Origin: a virus
Lineage: Duplodnaviria > Caudoviricetes
IMG/VR virus record: IMGVR_UViG_3300014204_000134
Coordinates: 36,453 to 100,452 of that record
DNA length: 64,000 nucleotides
Direction: 5' to 3' (one strand)
Below the pieces are notes generated by a model. It made no database searches and was not told the DNA's origin. It worked only from the letters and a program-made list of their open reading frames with translations. How positions within the stretch are numbered: the first letter of the stretch is position 1; the number at the start of each line of letters is the position of its first letter. A program made the position numbers and the translations under genes. Shown here piece after piece: positions 61,308 through 64,000 of this stretch.

Positions 61308-62231
61308 CTACCATGATGCACATGCATCAAGATTTATACTAGCAACAGAAGGTATTGTTCTCTTTATTTCTTTTGCATACGCTACACTAGATTTTTTAAA
61401 CTCGAATATGTAATTCTCTGGATCAAGATTAAAAATCACTTGACCACTTACATCACTAATTGCACTCAGTAAAGCAACCCTACTTGAATCATAAACTATT
61501 ACATTAACATCTTCTGCAACAACACCAGAAATTGTTATATCTACTGTTACAGCACAACTTCCAACACCATCATAACTATCAGAAGATAACTTCCTATTAG
61601 TGTAACTCCAAATACTATCGTCCGTTACAACGCTTCTTGTACTAACCTTTGCATCCAAATTATCTAATTTTGATGATCTAGTACTAGTTAATTTAGTATT
61701 TAATAAAAATACTCCGGTTGCAGCATCATTAGCATTAGTATTTATAGTATTAATTTTAGTATCTACACTATCAATATTTGTATCTATAATATCAATTTTA
61801 TCATCAATTGTATCTATCGTATTATTAATTGTAGTTGTATTATTTAATATATTACTTATATTTGCATTATCTGGAATAGTATAATCAGCACTTGCTAATC
61901 TACTTGAGATTGTTGCATCTATTTTATCAAATTCATCTATTACACTAAAAGCAATCCCATCTTCAGTTTTGTAAACTAAAGGTTCACTACATCTAACTAT
62001 AAAATAATCAGCTTCAGTAGGGGTAAAACCATATATGTATACACCAGCAAATTTATGTGTCATTAAATTATTAAAACTTACGTCCTGCCACTCTGAAGTT
62101 GTTCCATTCCAATATTTATTTTTTGATTGTGACCAAATTACACAGAAGGAGGAGACGCTATCAGTAACAGGAGAATTAGCATTATCTAGTATTAAAAATG
62201 GAATACTGATAAGTTGATTTACTTTATATAT
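61308..62231 (-). CDS. putative minor structural/fibre-like protein; probable ATA start
   Basis: Frame open 168 nt upstream of the track start to ATA behind GGGGG; LDA.VS.R repeats and coiled coil. Confidence 0.55.
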   Translation of the reverse strand: MYKVNQLISIPFLILDNANSPVTDSVSSFCVIWSQSKNKYWNGTTSEWQDVSFNNLMTHKFAGVYIYGFTPTEADYFIVRCSEPLVYKTEDGIAFSVIDEFDKIDATISSRLASADYTIPDNANISNILNNTTTINNTIDTIDDKIDIIDTNIDSVDTKINTINTNANDAATGVFLLNTKLTSTRSSKLDNLDAKVSTRSVVTDDSIWSYTNRKLSSDSYDGVGSCAVTVDITISGVVAEDVNVIVYDSSRVALLSAISDVSGQVIFNLDPENYIFEFKKSSVAYAKEIKRTIPSVASINLDACASW

Positions 62232-62799
62232 GTGTCAAACCCCCTTCCATTAAAATGGCCTTCATATTTCCTTTATCTTTATACTGATAATAATATATAG
62301 GTCTATTTGATACTGTAGAATTACTAGAATAAAAAGAAGTATATGTTAATAAATCTTCATCACTTGCTTTTATTAAAATACCATTATTAGCAGATATACC
62401 TAATACCCAATTTTTAACCAAATCTAATATATCAAAAACATAAACCGTACCTGAACTTGTAATTATATTGTATGAATTTATTGGTATTGGATTATAATCA
62501 GGTTGACCAACCCAATTAATATTTTCTAGCCAACTATTTGTCACTTCATGAATATTATATAATCCACTACCACCAACATCACATTTTAAATAAATATTCG
62601 CTTGAAGTAATATCGACATTCTAGGCAAGAGTGAAATTTCCGGTGGTTTCGTCAGTAATCTCCATTTATTACCACTTGAATCCTTACCTAATCTTAAAAA
62701 TATATCATTAGCAAAATTTGATATTGGATTTAATGAAGAAATACAAGTATCAACTACACTACTTTCAGGATATTGAAGTTGGAGGACATGTACCGAAAT
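62224..62799 (-). CDS. DNRLRE/CBM96-like domain protein; probable ATT start
   Basis: Extended frame gives DT.IS...P..NF...L.LG....R.L, W.E..I.W..QP, DI..LV..W...NNGI, F.SS...P. Confidence 0.65.
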   Translation of the reverse strand: MSVHVLQLQYPESSVVDTCISSLNPISNFANDIFLRLGKDSSGNKWRLLTKPPEISLLPRMSILLQANIYLKCDVGGSGLYNIHEVTNSWLENINWVGQPDYNPIPINSYNIITSSGTVYVFDILDLVKNWVLGISANNGILIKASDEDLLTYTSFYSSNSTVSNRPIYYYQYKDKGNMKAILMEGGLTHI

Positions 62800-62801
62800 T
62801 T

Positions 62802-62969
62802 TTAATCCCCACCCTCTTTATCAGTATAAATTAATTGTATTTGTTTTTTAGATTTGTAATATTTATCTCTTTGCTTTTTTCTATTATTTTTATCTTTAAC
62901 ATTATATTCTAATAAACATTCTGATTGTTCGCAACTATCAAAATACTTACAACGTTCATTACAATTCAA
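62802..62969 (-). CDS. small Cys-rich/basic protein (55 aa)
   Basis: TTG after GGAGTGA; C...C....C....C then basic tail; not in ORF track. Confidence 0.4.
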   Translation of the reverse strand: MNCNERCKYFDSCEQSECLLEYNVKDKNNRKKQRDKYYKSKKQIQLIYTDKEGGD

Positions 62970-63060
62970 TTAAAAATATCTCACTCCAATTTTATAAAAT
63001 TTATATCATAAAACTATCGTTTTGTTATTATATTAAGATTTATCTTATTAATTAAAAAAA

Positions 63061-63999
63061 TTATGCATCAATCAACCTAATGCATCTCTTAATTGCAGAT
63101 ACCGGCTTTACAACACCAACAGGTTTTACAACCTCAACAGTCTTTAAAACACTTGATACATCCACCAAACTAACCCTAATCGTAACCTTGTCTATCTGCA
63201 GATATGTATACATATACCCATTTTTGTCCTGCTTAGTCCAGTTCCACATAGTATTTGACTTAATTAATATGCGCTGTGGCATCATACCGAGCGTTGGGAA
63301 CCAATCTGCTCCTTCATTGTCTGAGAGATAAAAATAACTGTTTTGCTCATCTGTACTGGTAACATCATAAGCATTGGAAGCCATCAATACACCGCTTGTA
63401 TTCCACTTGTGATGCCACATTACCTCATATCTACAAGGAGAGGTTTTTTCAACTTCACCTGTGACACGGTTATACCTAACCATATAAGCTGTTTCAGCGT
63501 TGGCATCCATGCCCCAATGGACGTAGTTTTGCGTAAACAATGCCCCGCAAGCCCTGGCTCTTTGACTGCCCTGATCAACCCATGTCCAGGATTCCCCGCC
63601 ATCTGATGAATACCCTATCCGTGGTTGTGTGCCTGTATCTCCACAACCCATCCAGAGGTTGTTAGTGTACGGGTCAAGCTGTATAAAGTGGATATGACGT
63701 ACAACACTGTCCGTAAACACATATACAGGAGAAAAAGTCAATCCGTCATCGATGCTTTTCCACAGGTTTATCGTGGTTTTACCAACCGTGTTATACTCAC
63801 CGATGTAGATATTTCCGTACTGATCATCACAAATACCATGAGTTAAAAAGGTGCTGTCACCCGTGACCAATACCTGTGTCCAGGTTATTAAATCTGTTGA
63901 TCGTGCCACATAATACTGAGCTTTCCCCAACCCGGTATCCCAATAGACCATAAGAGCGATATATGTTCCTGATGTTGCAAGGAATACTTCTTTTAAAAA
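63061..63999 (-). CDS. BNR/Asp-box beta-propeller protein (sialidase-like fold); 5'-partial
   Basis: Asp-box repeats S.D...W, SIDDGLTF, SSDGGESW, SDNEGADW; frame open to window end; higher GC. Confidence 0.7.
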   Translation of the reverse strand, partial: FLKEVFLATSGTYIALMVYWDTGLGKAQYYVARSTDLITWTQVLVTGDSTFLTHGICDDQYGNIYIGEYNTVGKTTINLWKSIDDGLTFSPVYVFTDSVVRHIHFIQLDPYTNNLWMGCGDTGTQPRIGYSSDGGESWTWVDQGSQRARACGALFTQNYVHWGMDANAETAYMVRYNRVTGEVEKTSPCRYEVMWHHKWNTSGVLMASNAYDVTSTDEQNSYFYLSDNEGADWFPTLGMMPQRILIKSNTMWNWTKQDKNGYMYTYLQIDKVTIRVSLVDVSSVLKTVEVVKPVGVVKPVSAIKRCIRLIDA

Positions 64000-64000
64000 A

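Overview
AT-rich, gene-dense segment of a large temperate Firmicutes (Clostridia/Bacilli-type) siphophage or prophage with SPbeta-like gene order. The left end (+ strand) holds the 3' part of a DnaE-type DNA polymerase, a RuvC-like resolvase, a large serine recombinase followed by a 56-bp attP-like inverted repeat, and a DGQHR/DndB-like protein. The rest (- strand) is the morphogenesis/lysis region: terminase, portal, scaffold/protease, major capsid, tail tube, chaperones, fibres, a giant tape-measure gene split by a 275-nt ORF-less group I intron, tail tip and lysis genes. Seven free-standing endonuclease genes and an accessory island (~29.7-36 kb) are interspersed. The most unusual signals are non-coding: (1) a ToxN/AbiQ type III toxin whose upstream RNA has three identical pseudoknot repeats plus four unrelated pseudoknot-like repeats, a possible multi-specificity antitoxin/decoy array; (2) a family of 5-6 structured leaders whose variable loop is complementary to each gene's own ribosome-binding site, mostly in front of endonuclease genes; (3) two promoter- and terminator-bounded small RNAs; (4) recurrent ATT/ATA start codons. 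All product calls come from motif recognition and synteny, not database searches.
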